DNA of 64,000 bases from Lama guanicoe (taxonomy: Eukaryota), in assembly GCA_013239625.1 (NCBI GenBank), contig MU053513.1:2902927-2966926 (forward strand), read 5' to 3'. The notes under the pieces are model-generated. The model was given only the letters and a program-made list of their open reading frames with translations. It ran no database searches and was not told the DNA's origin. Shown piece by piece: positions 52,631-64,000 of the stretch. How positions within the stretch are numbered: the stretch's first letter is position 1; every line of letters begins with the position of its first letter. The translations under genes were made by a program, and so were the position numbers.

Positions 52631-54550
52631 TTACTGCCCTGAGTCCAGATTCTTTAAAATTTAAATACCATAATCTGGTGCTCTGGACGTTGGTATTTTG
52701 GTGTTGTTCGTACTAAGCATTTCATGTTATAACTGATAAGCAAGGGGGAAGCAAAAGAAATTCATTCATTTAACATCATTTAGGAACTGGACATCTCATG
52801 CACTTTGCCCTAATTAATCTTCAAAATAACTTTGCCAGCTGCTACTGTTTTTGTAAGTGTGAGAACTGGACTCAAATCATGCCTGTGTAGTATAAAATTA
52901 CAGTAGTCTGTAGTCTAAAAACTCTTTCCTGTGGTCATATCTCTGCCCAGGAAATTACCTCCACAAGATCAAAATAATGATCCTGTAGTAAAGTCATTGT
53001 ATTAAAAACTATACCAAAAGAATTTCAAAGGTAGCCTGGTTAATATGACTAAATAACTGCAGCCCTGGGTCAGTTTTCCCCTTAACACTCCAAAATCCAA
53101 TCCATTAATATTTAAGCAAATGAAAAGCTCTTTGATATTGGTGGGATTTCCCTCACGAGAATAACCTGTGAGACACTTCAGTCACATGTTTCACTTTCTG
53201 CCCATGACAGGCACTTGTGAAATGATTAACATGAGCCAGTAGACTTACAGAATATTAAATGACAGCCAGAAATAAAAATAACAAAAGACAAGAGTGAGAC
53301 AAACTATTCTCTAAGAGATACATTGTGATATAGATAATCAAGTGATTAAGACACTCAACAAATTCAAGCAATGGACACTTTTTAAAAAATTAACTTAAAA
53401 CCAATTAAAGGCTAAACATCAAGCAAGGCCCTAAGAATTTATATGTTATTAATGGTGCCTTTTTCTTTTTCACTATAAATGTCTAATAAAAAGCCTATAA
53501 ATCCTGCAGATACAGAAACAATTTTCAAAGAATCAAACCACTCAGAAGCAATGACTCAGGTATGATACTGCCTACAAAAGGATATAGACCAAGCCAGTTT
53601 TCAACATCCCTCCCTGGTGCTAAGAATAGCTCTTAGGACAGGAGTGGCATTCTGTGGGCAACTCTCCTCTCTAGTATCTTTACAAAATGACCTTTCAGTG
53701 GGATCTGATACAAAAGTCTTCCCAGTGATGTAGACACACTAATGATTTGTGCTTTTGTCACCAACAAATTCCAACAGGCTTAGATGTTGCATCTATGAAT
53801 ATTAACCTCGCATTCATTCCACTCCATAGAAACAAATAGTGAAAACAATTTTATTAATCACTTCCCTACACTTCATACATCTTGTGAGGATCTTTTTTTT
53901 TTTCAGCCTCACTCCGTGATGCAAATCCTTGCTTGTGAAAGTGCTAGCACAGTGTGCACTCTCTAGCTGTCAGTATACTCCAGCCTCCTCTATACCACCA
54001 ATTGGCTATAAAGATCTAGAGGTTCAGTGATTATAGGATTTAAATGATTTTAACCCCTTTAAATTTGAAAACTCTTTAAATCCCATTATCTCTGCAGCCA
54101 CTGAGAATTTTTAAATCAGCTTGGCCTTTTCCAGCTCCAGGTCTAAGGATTACAGAGTTTTGAAGAGTATAAATGCTTCTCTGCAATTCTACAAAGAGCT
54201 GTCCCCAACCAGTTGACCTCCAGGAAATAAAGCCAGTCAGTTCTCCTGCTGGGAACTGCTGATCAGAGTTTCTAAATGGAAAGATGTGTATGTTATGCCA
54301 CAAACCACCAGGAAAACAGGTAATTGCTTCCTCAACTCCACATGAAGCCAGTGAGTCAGGAGATTTGACGTAGGAGGGGCAGCAGATTTTAGACATTTGT
54401 CAGTAAATGTCTAAGAATGAGAAAACAGAAATTGTCAGGGTCCCAAGGAAGTTTACCGGGGCAGAGTAAGTTCAGTGACTGGAAGCCACCTGGCTCCTAA
54501 AGAAAAGCTGTTACCATGGTTACCCTCAAACCCTAGGTCTGAGGTCTTAC

Positions 54551-54745
54551 CTCTTGTGTCCTCACGTTTATGTAGCCATAGTGAGTTCGAAGGGGCCGCC
54601 GGTATGTATAGGAGAAAGGTATCCATTTTGTACCAGGTTGTCCAAAGCAGTTTAGCAGCAATGGGAAATTCACTTCGTTTACAAGGCGCACAACCAGCAG
54701 GAAGAGGAACGCTGCTATGAAGCTCACTGCAATCACAGACTTTCT
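54551..54745 (-). CDS. ST6GALNAC3: Coding exon 2 of ST6 N-acetylgalactosaminide alpha-2,6-sialyltransferase 3 (cytoplasmic tail end, transmembrane anchor, stem)
   Basis: Translates RKSVIAVSFIAAFLFLLVVRLVNEVNFPLLLNCFGQPGTKWIPFSYTYRRPLRTHYGYINVRTQE, which I recognise as the ST6GALNAC3 N-terminus after MACILK. Acceptor: pyrimidine tract then tcttgtag|AGA. Donor: GAG|gtaaga. Length 195 nt = 65 codons, no stop. Confidence 0.97.
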
Positions 54746-55004
54746 CTACAAGACATTCAAAAAAAGAAGAATGACTTTCAACCAAAAGCAGTCTCAGAGA
54801 GGTTCCTTTAGTCGTCTTCCTTTTTCTTTCAAAGGGCTCAAAGGACTTCGTCATTTAGGATATTTCACTGGGAGACAGAAAATAATCATTTGGTGACCAG
54901 GTTGCCTTCATGTGTGGAACCTGAGAGAAAGCAAAGCAGATTTCTTGGATTATCTTTTCATCCTATCCCTATGCTTTCTTACCTTCTTATTTTCCTTGAT
55001 GACT

Positions 55005-55340
55005 CTTATTCAGTTTTCAAAACCCAAATTAGACATCTCCAACTATAGGAAGCCTTTCCTACCTGCTCAGTTCCCTCCCCACTACCTTCCCATCAGCCCC
55101 AACCTATCTACCCTAATAAGAGGTAAGAAGTCCCACCACTCTCACACCTCAACAGCACTTCTATTGTTGTACATTTTTCATGGTATATATAATTCCTTCT
55201 GTGACTTTTCCTCCATGTAATTCTGTGTTCCTGGGGAACTGGGGTGTACTGTGCCATGTCGCTCTGTGTTTCCCAGGCCCTTAGCACAGTCTCTTACATA
55301 CTGCAGGCACCCAATAAACGCTCAAGTGAATGAATGAATG
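55005..55340 (+). mobile_element. L2 3' end
   Basis: ggaagcctttcct...cttagcacagtctcttacatactgcaggcacccaataaacgctcaagtgaatgaatgaatg. Confidence 0.75.
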
Positions 55341-57784
55341 GATTTTTCATTCTTACAGATGCAATCTCATTATCAATCATTATTCTGTTTCTTTACCTTG
55401 CACCCTTTACAGGCAGGAAACTTTCTGCTATAGGATATGCAAAAGTAAGGTTCAAAAAGGAGTAGGAAAAAAAATCCATGCCAAGCAGCGTAAGAACATC
55501 CCCTAAATGTGCTGCCATCAAACCAGAGCAGGAGCAACTGCATCTGACTAGGGTAGGGAAAGGAGAGATGTATTTGAGATTGAGCTTGATAAAACGCTTG
55601 TGTTTTAATCAATAGAGATGTGTGAGCAAAGCTTTCTAGGTAGAGGGAACAGAGTACGGAGGCAAAACAACATGCGTTTATTCATAGCCGCATTATTTTA
55701 GTGGAGCACAGAGAAGAAGAAAAAGCTGAAAATACAAATGATAACTTTATGGACTGTCTCAGATACCAGGCTGAGTCTCTACTGAGTTTGTTAGATGATG
55801 GAAAATCAGAGGAGACTTTTCATTGTTTGTTTGATTTTTGAAATGCTACAATATTGTAAGTTATAATCAAACACCAGTGTTTAAGGTGCTTTGGAGCAGA
55901 CAGAAAGGTAGGCAGCAACTAGTTAGGAGAATGTTCCAACTGGCAAGGACAGAGGAAATGAGGGACAGAAACTAGGGCCGTAGCACACGAAGCAGAAACG
56001 TGAGAAAAGACAAGAGGAACTCAGCTTAGATGGAAGACAGAGAATCTGGCTACTGATTGGATATAAGTGGTGGATAGAAAATTTAGAAATGCCTGAGGTT
56101 TTGAGTCCAGGCAACTGCAATGATACTGGTCATATCAGGAGAAACCAGGGTGATCAGGGCAGGAATTGATTTAAAAGAGTAAGAAGACAAAGCCCTTGAC
56201 TTTCTAAGTCCAAGTTTTCAGGGACTGATGGGTCTTCAGGGTGAAGCCATCAAGGGGTCAGGCAGGAAGTCTAGACCAAGAAAAAAGAGCAGAGCTGAGG
56301 GCAGATGTCAGGAACAACTCTGCCTTGCCTCCAGGGTGAAGATACAATGAAATACTCCTTCCTGAAGTTGCGCTTGGCCCTGATTCTTCTTCAAACTTAA
56401 GGGAAGCCAAATAACTTTCTAGGAATAACAATGTCTGTTGTTGCTGTTGTGTTTTTAGCCCGCCACTTCCTGGTGGAATCAGCTGCTTTTTGATCCTTAT
56501 AGAATGTCTCAGAGGAGAGAAGAAACCCAAAGCTGGCCCCTGTATCCTCCCTGGGACCACAGCCATCACTTCCGTAAGGGCAGCAAAATGAAGCGACGGC
56601 GTCAGAGACACCCAAAGGAAGTCTTCACTCTTGCTCAGTTCCTGTAATTTATAAAAGCTCTATCCATGCCCCTGTCTAGCCAGCCTAATTTTCCAGTCAT
56701 CTAGAAGTCCCTTGAGTTCTGCCTCCACAAAACTCCTTATCTCACCACTAACTACCACAACCTTACCTCATTTAACCTTCTAATCATGAAAAACTGTTTT
56801 AATTTGCTTCTCTGTGGAATCATTATGTCCATAACATTGCAATGTGTCAAGGTAACACCTTAAACGAGGTGATGGATCTTACAAGTTTAAAGGGACATAC
56901 AGCAGAACAGATGGCTAAATAAAAGCAAAGGGACAAGTCACCCATTAAGTAAGCAGGTAAGAACTTTTTTACCACCACTCGGTAGCTTGTTGCAAAGCAG
57001 CAGCTTGCTTTGAAGGAGACCCAGATGGGATTTGTGCCTTTGGCTATTCCAGAGCCCAGCATGGCTCTTGGCTTCTCTTGGCTACTGCATTGCATGGCAT
57101 GGCTGGGGGCTTGGGGACAAAAGCGTGGAGGGCCTTTCTGAATTCACTGATCTCGTGTAGCAACACATACAGAACACATCCAGGAGAGGAAAATAAATTG
57201 GCCATTTTGAGAAAAACTTCAAAATGGAATGAAACCTCAGTTGTCAAAGCCTGCTCCCTAGTAATCCATGTCCACCTCCCATGTTCTATCAAAGGGAACC
57301 AAATAAGAGGTGCGGAGAGGATGAGGGGAGCCAAGGGGGAGTGGGAGCCAGACACAGACTCCTCTGTGCAGACCTGGGAGCACAGTGCAACACGGGCTCC
57401 TTTCACAGCTCCAGCTCCAGCCCCACTTCTGTTGTGTTGTCTCAACCTGGTTCTTGGACTTTCTTCATGATTTTGTATTCTTGTTTAACATGAAAGCATT
57501 CTTATCATGCTGCTAAAAACAAACAAACAAACCTGAAATTTCACTAGCAAAGGACTAATGTCAAGCGCATTCTGTGTTCCAGGCACAAGTTCTACAGGAC
57601 TCAACACGAAGTACATTCTTCCAGTAGTCACTTCTGTCAGATCGGGACCTTGAGCTTCAACAACTACAACAAAACCCATGCATGAGTCTACTCGAAGTCT
57701 ACACACACTAGAACGCAGTGAAAATGTGTATGTGTGTTTGTGGGAGTTGGGGCAGTAGCGAAAAATCAATATCCATGATATACA

Positions 57785-58260
57785 TGAATATATTCACTCC
57801 TTCAAGTCAAAATTGCTCATTGAGCCCATACTCTGTATAGACTTGGCAAGGTGCTGAAAAACAGAAATAAAACCATAAAAGACAGACAGACTATGCTCCT
57901 GAAGAGTCACAATTTAGTGCACCTGGCAAATAAACAGAAAATTATACCACACGTCAAACGAGGTGATGGAGGTAATCACAGGGCGCTGTGGCAGCCCAGA
58001 GGAAGTGGGGGAGTACTGTGCATGCAACAGTCATTCAAAGAATGCTTGTCTGAGGAGGTGATGTTCAAACAAAGTCCCGAAGAATGAGGAGTTAGACTAG
58101 TGGAGATGGAAGGGCATTCCAGGCAGAGGGAACAGCATAGACAAAGGCATAGACATTTTTGGAAGGCCTTAATTTGGTCAGAAACATGCAAGTCATTTGG
58201 AAGAAGAATACACAGACTGTATGTGGTAGGAGATATGCTGGGAAGTCAATAAGGTTCAAA
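57785..58260 (-). mobile_element. L2 fragment
   Basis: tattcactccttca...cattgagcccatactctgt...tgaggaggtgatgtt...gggcattccaggcagagggaacagcat. Confidence 0.8.
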
Positions 58261-60589
58261 TCATAACAAAAAATAATAAGCCACATGCACTACGTCAGAT
58301 GCGATCATCTGTCCCATCTACCTTACGTTAGGATAATGGAAGGATAAATGCATACAAGTGCTGTTTTATAACTAAAACATGCTTCACCTTCCAATCAGGT
58401 GAAAATGTATCAGTCACTTCATTTTGTTCCAATTTGCCATTTAACACACATCTTGTTTCCAGTTGTTTGACTTGAGTTTATCCCATCAGTTGCTTATTCT
58501 TTCAACTGTCCTGAGTCCATCAACAATCAGCAAATTAGACTCTACCTGTTTACACATGTGTTCTATGTCTAACAATTTTGTTTAAGTTAGTGATCACTGC
58601 TGCCTTTACTGAAGTAATCAGAGTATCCCCAAGATTCAACAACCAGCAATTAGGTAAGAAAAAGCAACAGCAGGTACTTGTCAAGGTTACGATGCATAAG
58701 ATTTGGTTCGACAAACTTTTCATACTGCAGAAAACAGACATAAATTTAAGTCATTCCCCTAATATCAGAAGCATGAACATTAAATGATACAATGGCTGGG
58801 AAAAGCAAAGCACATTTCTGGGCACGTGGTGAGCACTCGATGGAAGCACTGAATGGAAGATGTCACTTTTATGATATAACTACTCATTGTGAGAGCCTTG
58901 GTGGACATTAGCCAGAGGTGAGCATTGGCCAGCCTGCGTAAACCAAGATGAGAACTTAGAGACAGCTTTTCCTTAAATATTCCAAGCAGCTGCAAACACT
59001 TGAACTATTCAGTGCAACTCATCCACACAAGCGATGAGAGAATGTCACTGTGCCCAAATAGATCTGATGAATTGCTTTAGGGAAAGCTTTTTCCTTCTTT
59101 TGGGCAAGTCTGAAGGGGCCTTTAACAGCTGAGACATTTAGAATTTAATCCCCTCTGTGCTGCAAAAATATGCATCAAAAATGTGGCATTCCAGTTGCTC
59201 GCTTTTTAGAGTAGGAATATCATTTATCAGACTTTATAGCAGAAATACCTATTTCAAAATAAAGCCCACAGAGAATTCATGATTTAGGAAGAAAACAATT
59301 GCAGAGGTTTGGACCTAGCAATTTTGAAACCTATACTAACATTTTTATGTTTTTATTCTTTTTACCACAGCCTTTAACCACAGAATGATTCTCTACCTTT
59401 TAAGGTAGTCAGTTGCTAGATTTTTGGCTTCTTTTTCATAAATGATAAATAATAATATAAAGGTATATTTTCTACTTAAATAGTATTATTTAATAACTGA
59501 ATCAGTTGCTTTCAGGGTAGAATAGTGCACTGTTATCCATATACTATCATTTACTCAATAATAAATATGAAAGCACAGTGTCAATTGTATTATTTATATC
59601 AGAGCTCAGTAACTTCACACATTGATGAGACCCTACCCATTGCTTATCTGTGACCTTATCAGATACACTTTCTTCTCCCACGTAACAAGTTGTGTCTTCA
59701 ATGTATTTCTACCTTGTGCCTTTAGTCAAGCTCTAAATCTGTTTCTCCCTTAATACAATAAAGCTTCTTCCCATTTGCACAAGGATGAATTAGCAAAGCT
59801 CAGAGCATATAAATAAAACCTTCATTTGTTTTATTTTATTTATTGAATCAACACACTGAATCCTGCCTGTTAAACTACGGTGAATTCCGGGGAAAATCTC
59901 ACTCATTTGTTGAGGGGATAAGAAAAGGAGGGTTAAGAAAAGGTGGACAATCCTAGACTCGGTGGCGTCCACACAGGAGCTCATCCAGGGCAGCCTTAGG
60001 CAGCATAGCTGGTAAAAGCAGCATTGAGGTCATCAAGAAGAAAGTGGTTAATGTCAAATAAGATCAACATAGGCGAATGAGCAGCATTTCAGAATCCAGG
60101 AGGCTGACAAAGAAAATGTGGTAAGGTAAAAGCAATGCATTCTGAGAGCAGGCTTTGAAGAGAGCAGAGGGAGTGAAGCGAGAGCAGCAGGCAGGGATCT
60201 GATCGTAGGAAGCCTCGTATATCATGCCAAGGAGTCTGGACTTTCATCGTAGAATCCAAAGAAGGGGTCTAAGTGTGGGATAGAGAAGGTCAGACTTGAT
60301 GGTGGAATGCTCACTCTGAAGGTAGTGAAGTCAGTGGATGGAGAGGTGGGAAAGACCCTTCAAGAAAGACAATGACAAAAGCCAACAATGGACCATGACT
60401 TCAGATATCACTACTGGACATTAAATTCTCAATAAGAAAACTGTAATTGTTACTTTAAGAGACTGGCTTTTCTTCTCCTAGTAGGGACACTGAGAATAAA
60501 GTCTAGATATAGCAGATATGTGTAAATAATCATCATAGACTTAACAGAAGATACTATTAATGTGTTATTAGTTGGAGAAATTCGTCTTT

Positions 60590-60720
60590 AATTCCTATTT
60601 TCCAGATAAAGAAATAGAGATATAGCGATGCTGAGTCACTTGCCCAAGGTCACAGAGCACGAAAGTAGCAAAGACAGTAGCAAAGACTCAGCTGTTCTGA
60701 CCCCAGAGCCTGTGTTTTAG
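60590..60720 (-). mobile_element. MIR fragment
   Basis: ttttccagataaagaaa...gtcacttgcccaaggtcacagagc...tctgaccccagagcc. Confidence 0.75.
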
Positions 60721-63679
60721 TGTATGAATTAACTAGGCAGTTCACTGTTACTCATATCAACTGGAGCACTCTTATAGGATTGGTTCAGGAATTTTTTAAA
60801 TTGGTGCTAGCTGTTAGTAGATTTTGTAATACATTTTGTCAATAAGCAAAATACCTAGTTCATATGGAAAATTAAGAGACTGATCTGAAGCATGGTAATT
60901 ATATTTATTTCAAAATCAGTAATTTGTGGACAAATTTAATTCTGGCTCTACTCCCAGTATTAAAAAGAACAACAACTATTAGCTAGCAGTATGGGAAAAT
61001 AAAGCAATTATTCTTGCACTTCTGCTAGAGAATATTAGGTACCCTTCATCATCAATAGTATGGCATCTTAAGGCAGGCAGTTTATAGAAACCAACATATC
61101 AGAATGGCTCTGTCTTCCTTTCTCAGCTCCACAATTCCATAATCTTTTTATTCAATGAAGTGCAGCCAAACACCAAAGTGTTGATGGCTTCTTTAAATAC
61201 ATACATACGTATATAAGTAAATAAAATTTAAACATTAAAATTAATTTTAAAGTAGCAGGATATCTTCAATATGGTGATCTACTTTAAGAATTTGGAACCA
61301 TGTCAACATGTCACCTTCAGACATGGGTATAGTCCGGTAAGAATTATAAATCCCACACACAAAACCCAAAGCAATAGAGTTCTCATGGGCACCATTGTCA
61401 TAAATTTTTCTGGGCAAAAAGCTAGTCCTAGAGAAAAATTATAGGTGGCCAAAATTTTTTCAGGGATTTTTTTTTCCCCAAAAGAGACTTCCTATAGCTG
61501 CAAACAGCATAGAGAAGTTCAAGATAATGTGAAAATTATGAGCGTCAGATGGCATGATAAGAGGTCACACTGAACTTTCTAACACTTATTTTAAAACCAT
61601 AATGAAAAATGTCAATGAGTTTTCAATGTGCCTGCATATTTTTCTTATTTTATTTGAGGAGGGTATTTAGGTTTCCTGGCCTAATTTGATTTTCAAACTG
61701 CTACCATATCAAATGAAAACAGTCATGGTTTTATTCGCTGAGTCAGTTTCATTTGTGAAATTATATAAAATCAGTTGTATATCACTTTGCCTCTTCATCT
61801 CTATTGTATTGCTTCAGCATACGTCCTTTCACATAGCAGAAAGGAATCACAGTTCTTCAGAAACACAAGATAAGGCTGAAGACTGATACTGAATATGTTG
61901 AAGCATGGGCCCAGCAGGCCAAGTCTCCCAGGGCGGCCGTGCAGCTAGGCACCAAGAAATCTAATCCAAAAGGCTGCTTCTCAGGATGAGATCGTCAGAG
62001 ATTGAGGCAGAGGAGCCTGAAGTCATCTTTTTTTTTTTTCATTAAATCCTTGTACTTATGGGAAGAAATATGTTCCAGTCTATCTGTTGTCCTCCCCCTG
62101 GGCTCTTAGCATTCTGTTGCAGGATGGGAGGTGCTAACTAACCAGGGACAATGAAGGTAACTAGGTAATCAGACCAGGTGCTTTTTTTAATTCTCAGTCA
62201 CCTTATAGTCTTCAATGTCCTTTCCTGGTTTCTATAAACATCTGCTTGGCATCTTTCACTGTTAGAGAGATGCGCTTGTCCTTTAGAATCCAGTTCTTAC
62301 CTCGTGTTTAGGACACAGCAGAGGAGCATAAGGATAAATTCTGGTGGTCCTAATATCATTAGGGAGGGAGGCCTCCCCAGAAGCATTATGATAATGATGA
62401 GAATGACAGCGATGAGGATGATAATGATGACACCCACTGGGTTCTCTGATTCTTCTGTGAATCTACAGGACATTACAGTAGACAGCACTTACCTTTTAAG
62501 CACCTTCATACCTATCACCTCACATGACTCTCCACATAGCCAGTGAAGTAAGGGAAGGTTGGATGCTTGAAAGTCTCACCCGCCATTTCTCCTTCCCTGT
62601 CCTCCATGTTTCCAGCTGGACTTCTCACCATTCTCCAATGTCCCTTGGCTACCCAGTCCCTCTGATTCTTTCCAGGCTGCTCCTCACTGGTGCCCTGCTG
62701 TTTTCCACCATCCCCAACTCTACAAGTTCAAATGTAATTCAGCTCAAATGGTGCATTCTCCCTAAAACCCTCTATTTCTCCCTGGCTTCCAGTTCATGGA
62801 TAAGGGCGGGGTGCGGTGCGTAGAAAAAGAAATAGAAGAAAGAGATAAGGAGGAGCGAAGAGGGAAGAGGGGAGAGGGAACGATTATAATTTTGTTTATA
62901 AAAATTCCTTGGGGACATGAACAATCTGAGAAACATCTCTCATACAGGCAGCATTAAATACAGTGTCTCAAATTTAGAAGACAGTAAGAAGAATTGTGGA
63001 AGAAAAGAAAGAATGAAGGGGAGAAAGAAGTAAGGATGGAGGGATTCAAAGTTATTCTCTTCTAAATATAAGTGGTAAATTATCCAAAAAGTCTCAGATT
63101 AGGATCATTAGGGGAAAAAATGTTTTTCTATGAGGGGAAAACCCCACAAATGATTCTTTTCTTTCTTCCTCTTGATTCCCCTCACTTGAAGATCTCTGTG
63201 TAATTTTGAGGTGAGTGTGGAGGGGAGCTGAGGAACGAGGGTTCGGATGGTAAACGTAAAGCAAAGTGAGAAGAATGTAAATATTTGTTAAACTGGGCTT
63301 TTCACTGAGCATTGCTTTGAAGTTCCCGATAGGACTTGCAGATCTGAACAGCAGGAAGCCTGCTTAGAACAACATCCTTTAGATAGCACATAATGACAGG
63401 ACTTGCAAGAATTCTTATTTTTCAGAAAAGCAGCTCTTGTCTGAGGAGGATCTTTAAAGCTAGAATCCCACATCATGGAATAAGAAGTGGATACAGAAGG
63501 AGAGCCTGTCCTTCTAATAACAACAATGGCCCCTTTTCTGAGCTGGGGAACTTCCATCTGTTTGCTGTGTGCTCAGCACGTACCAGGTACTCTGCCAGGA
63601 ACTTTATATAGATGAAATTGGATTCTCACTAGCAGCCTATCTGTAGACTCAGGGTGGTCAAGTTACACTAAATGAGCCA

Positions 63680-63862
63680 ATATAAGTAACCTTGGGCACA
63701 TTGCTTAGCCTGTTTGTGCTTCTATTTTCTTACCTGAAATCAGGGAAACAGTAGTACCTGCCTAATAGGATTGTTAAAGGTTTAAATTAGTTATTATCTA
63801 TAAAGGGCCTTCCGGCCCTGCCTGGAAAAGGGAAAGGGCTCAGTACATGTTAGCTTTTATTA
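63680..63862 (+). mobile_element. MIR fragment
   Basis: aaccttgggcacattgcttagcctgtttgtgcttctattttcttacctgaaa...gtacctgcctaataggattgtt. Confidence 0.75.
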
Positions 63863-64000
63863 TGAGAGTATTTCATCAGATCTAAGACATCATCAACTGT
63901 TTATCACACCGTTACTCTAAATACTATTAGGAAGGAAAAGCCAGGTGGGGAGTCTAATAAGAGAACTCTGCAAAAAGCTGAGACACCAAAATGTCATTCC

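Larger units (their letters stand above)
1..54550 (-). other. ST6GALNAC3: Intron 2 of ST6GALNAC3 (partial)
   Basis: Begins at the GT donor at 54550. The next exon (PLQLDC...sialylmotif L) is not among the listed ORFs, so the intron appears to run past position 1. Confidence 0.88.
54746..64000 (-). other. ST6GALNAC3: Intron 1 of ST6GALNAC3 (3' part)
   Basis: Ends at the AG acceptor 54747-54746. No MACILK exon or CpG-island promoter seen in the window. Confidence 0.88.

Noticed and set aside
54533..54736. 67 aa ORF as a stand-alone small protein
   Set aside because: Its 'M' is a GTG (Val) inside exon 2, and the VRPQT tail is read-through into the intron past the GT donor.
54453..54854. 133 aa (-) and 81 aa (+) ORFs overlapping exon 2
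   Set aside because: Alternative-frame and antisense shadows of the real exon.
62297..62488. Hydrophobic TM-like ORF (VIIIILIAVILIIII)
   Set aside because: Hydrophobicity comes from a degenerate (ATC)n repeat, and this frame is out of phase with exon 2 at the nearby donor.
1..64000. tRNA, rRNA, snRNA, CRISPR array, processed pseudogene, NUMT or prokaryotic-type system
   Set aside because: None recognised by eye, and the window is eukaryotic intron. Small structured ncRNAs cannot be excluded without an Infernal/Rfam search.

Overview
Mammalian genomic DNA lying inside the large sialyltransferase gene ST6GALNAC3 on the minus strand. One real coding exon is present: exon 2 (54551-54745, 195 nt, phase 0/0, RKSVIAVSF...NVRTQE), encoding the type II membrane anchor and stem. 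Bases 54746-64000 are intron 1 and 1-54550 are intron 2; exons 1 and 3 are outside the window. The rest is intronic sequence full of old interspersed repeats (L1, L2, L3/CR1, MIR, MLT1/MLT2/LTR33-type LTRs, MER DNA transposons), several nested. I recognised no Alu, B1/B2, Bov-tA/BovB, PRE1 or SINEC copies. The young L1 3' ends look artiodactyl, most like camelid elements (inference). Nearly all ORFs in the track are chance or repeat-derived. I see no convincing new multi-gene system. The most unusual structure is a ~2.75 kb TSD-flanked L1-derived element with 5'UTR and ORF1 but no sense ORF2 (HAL1-like). A few candidate cryptic exons and enhancer-like motif clusters are also noted. Repeat family names come from recalled consensus motifs, not a database search, and repeat boundaries are approximate.
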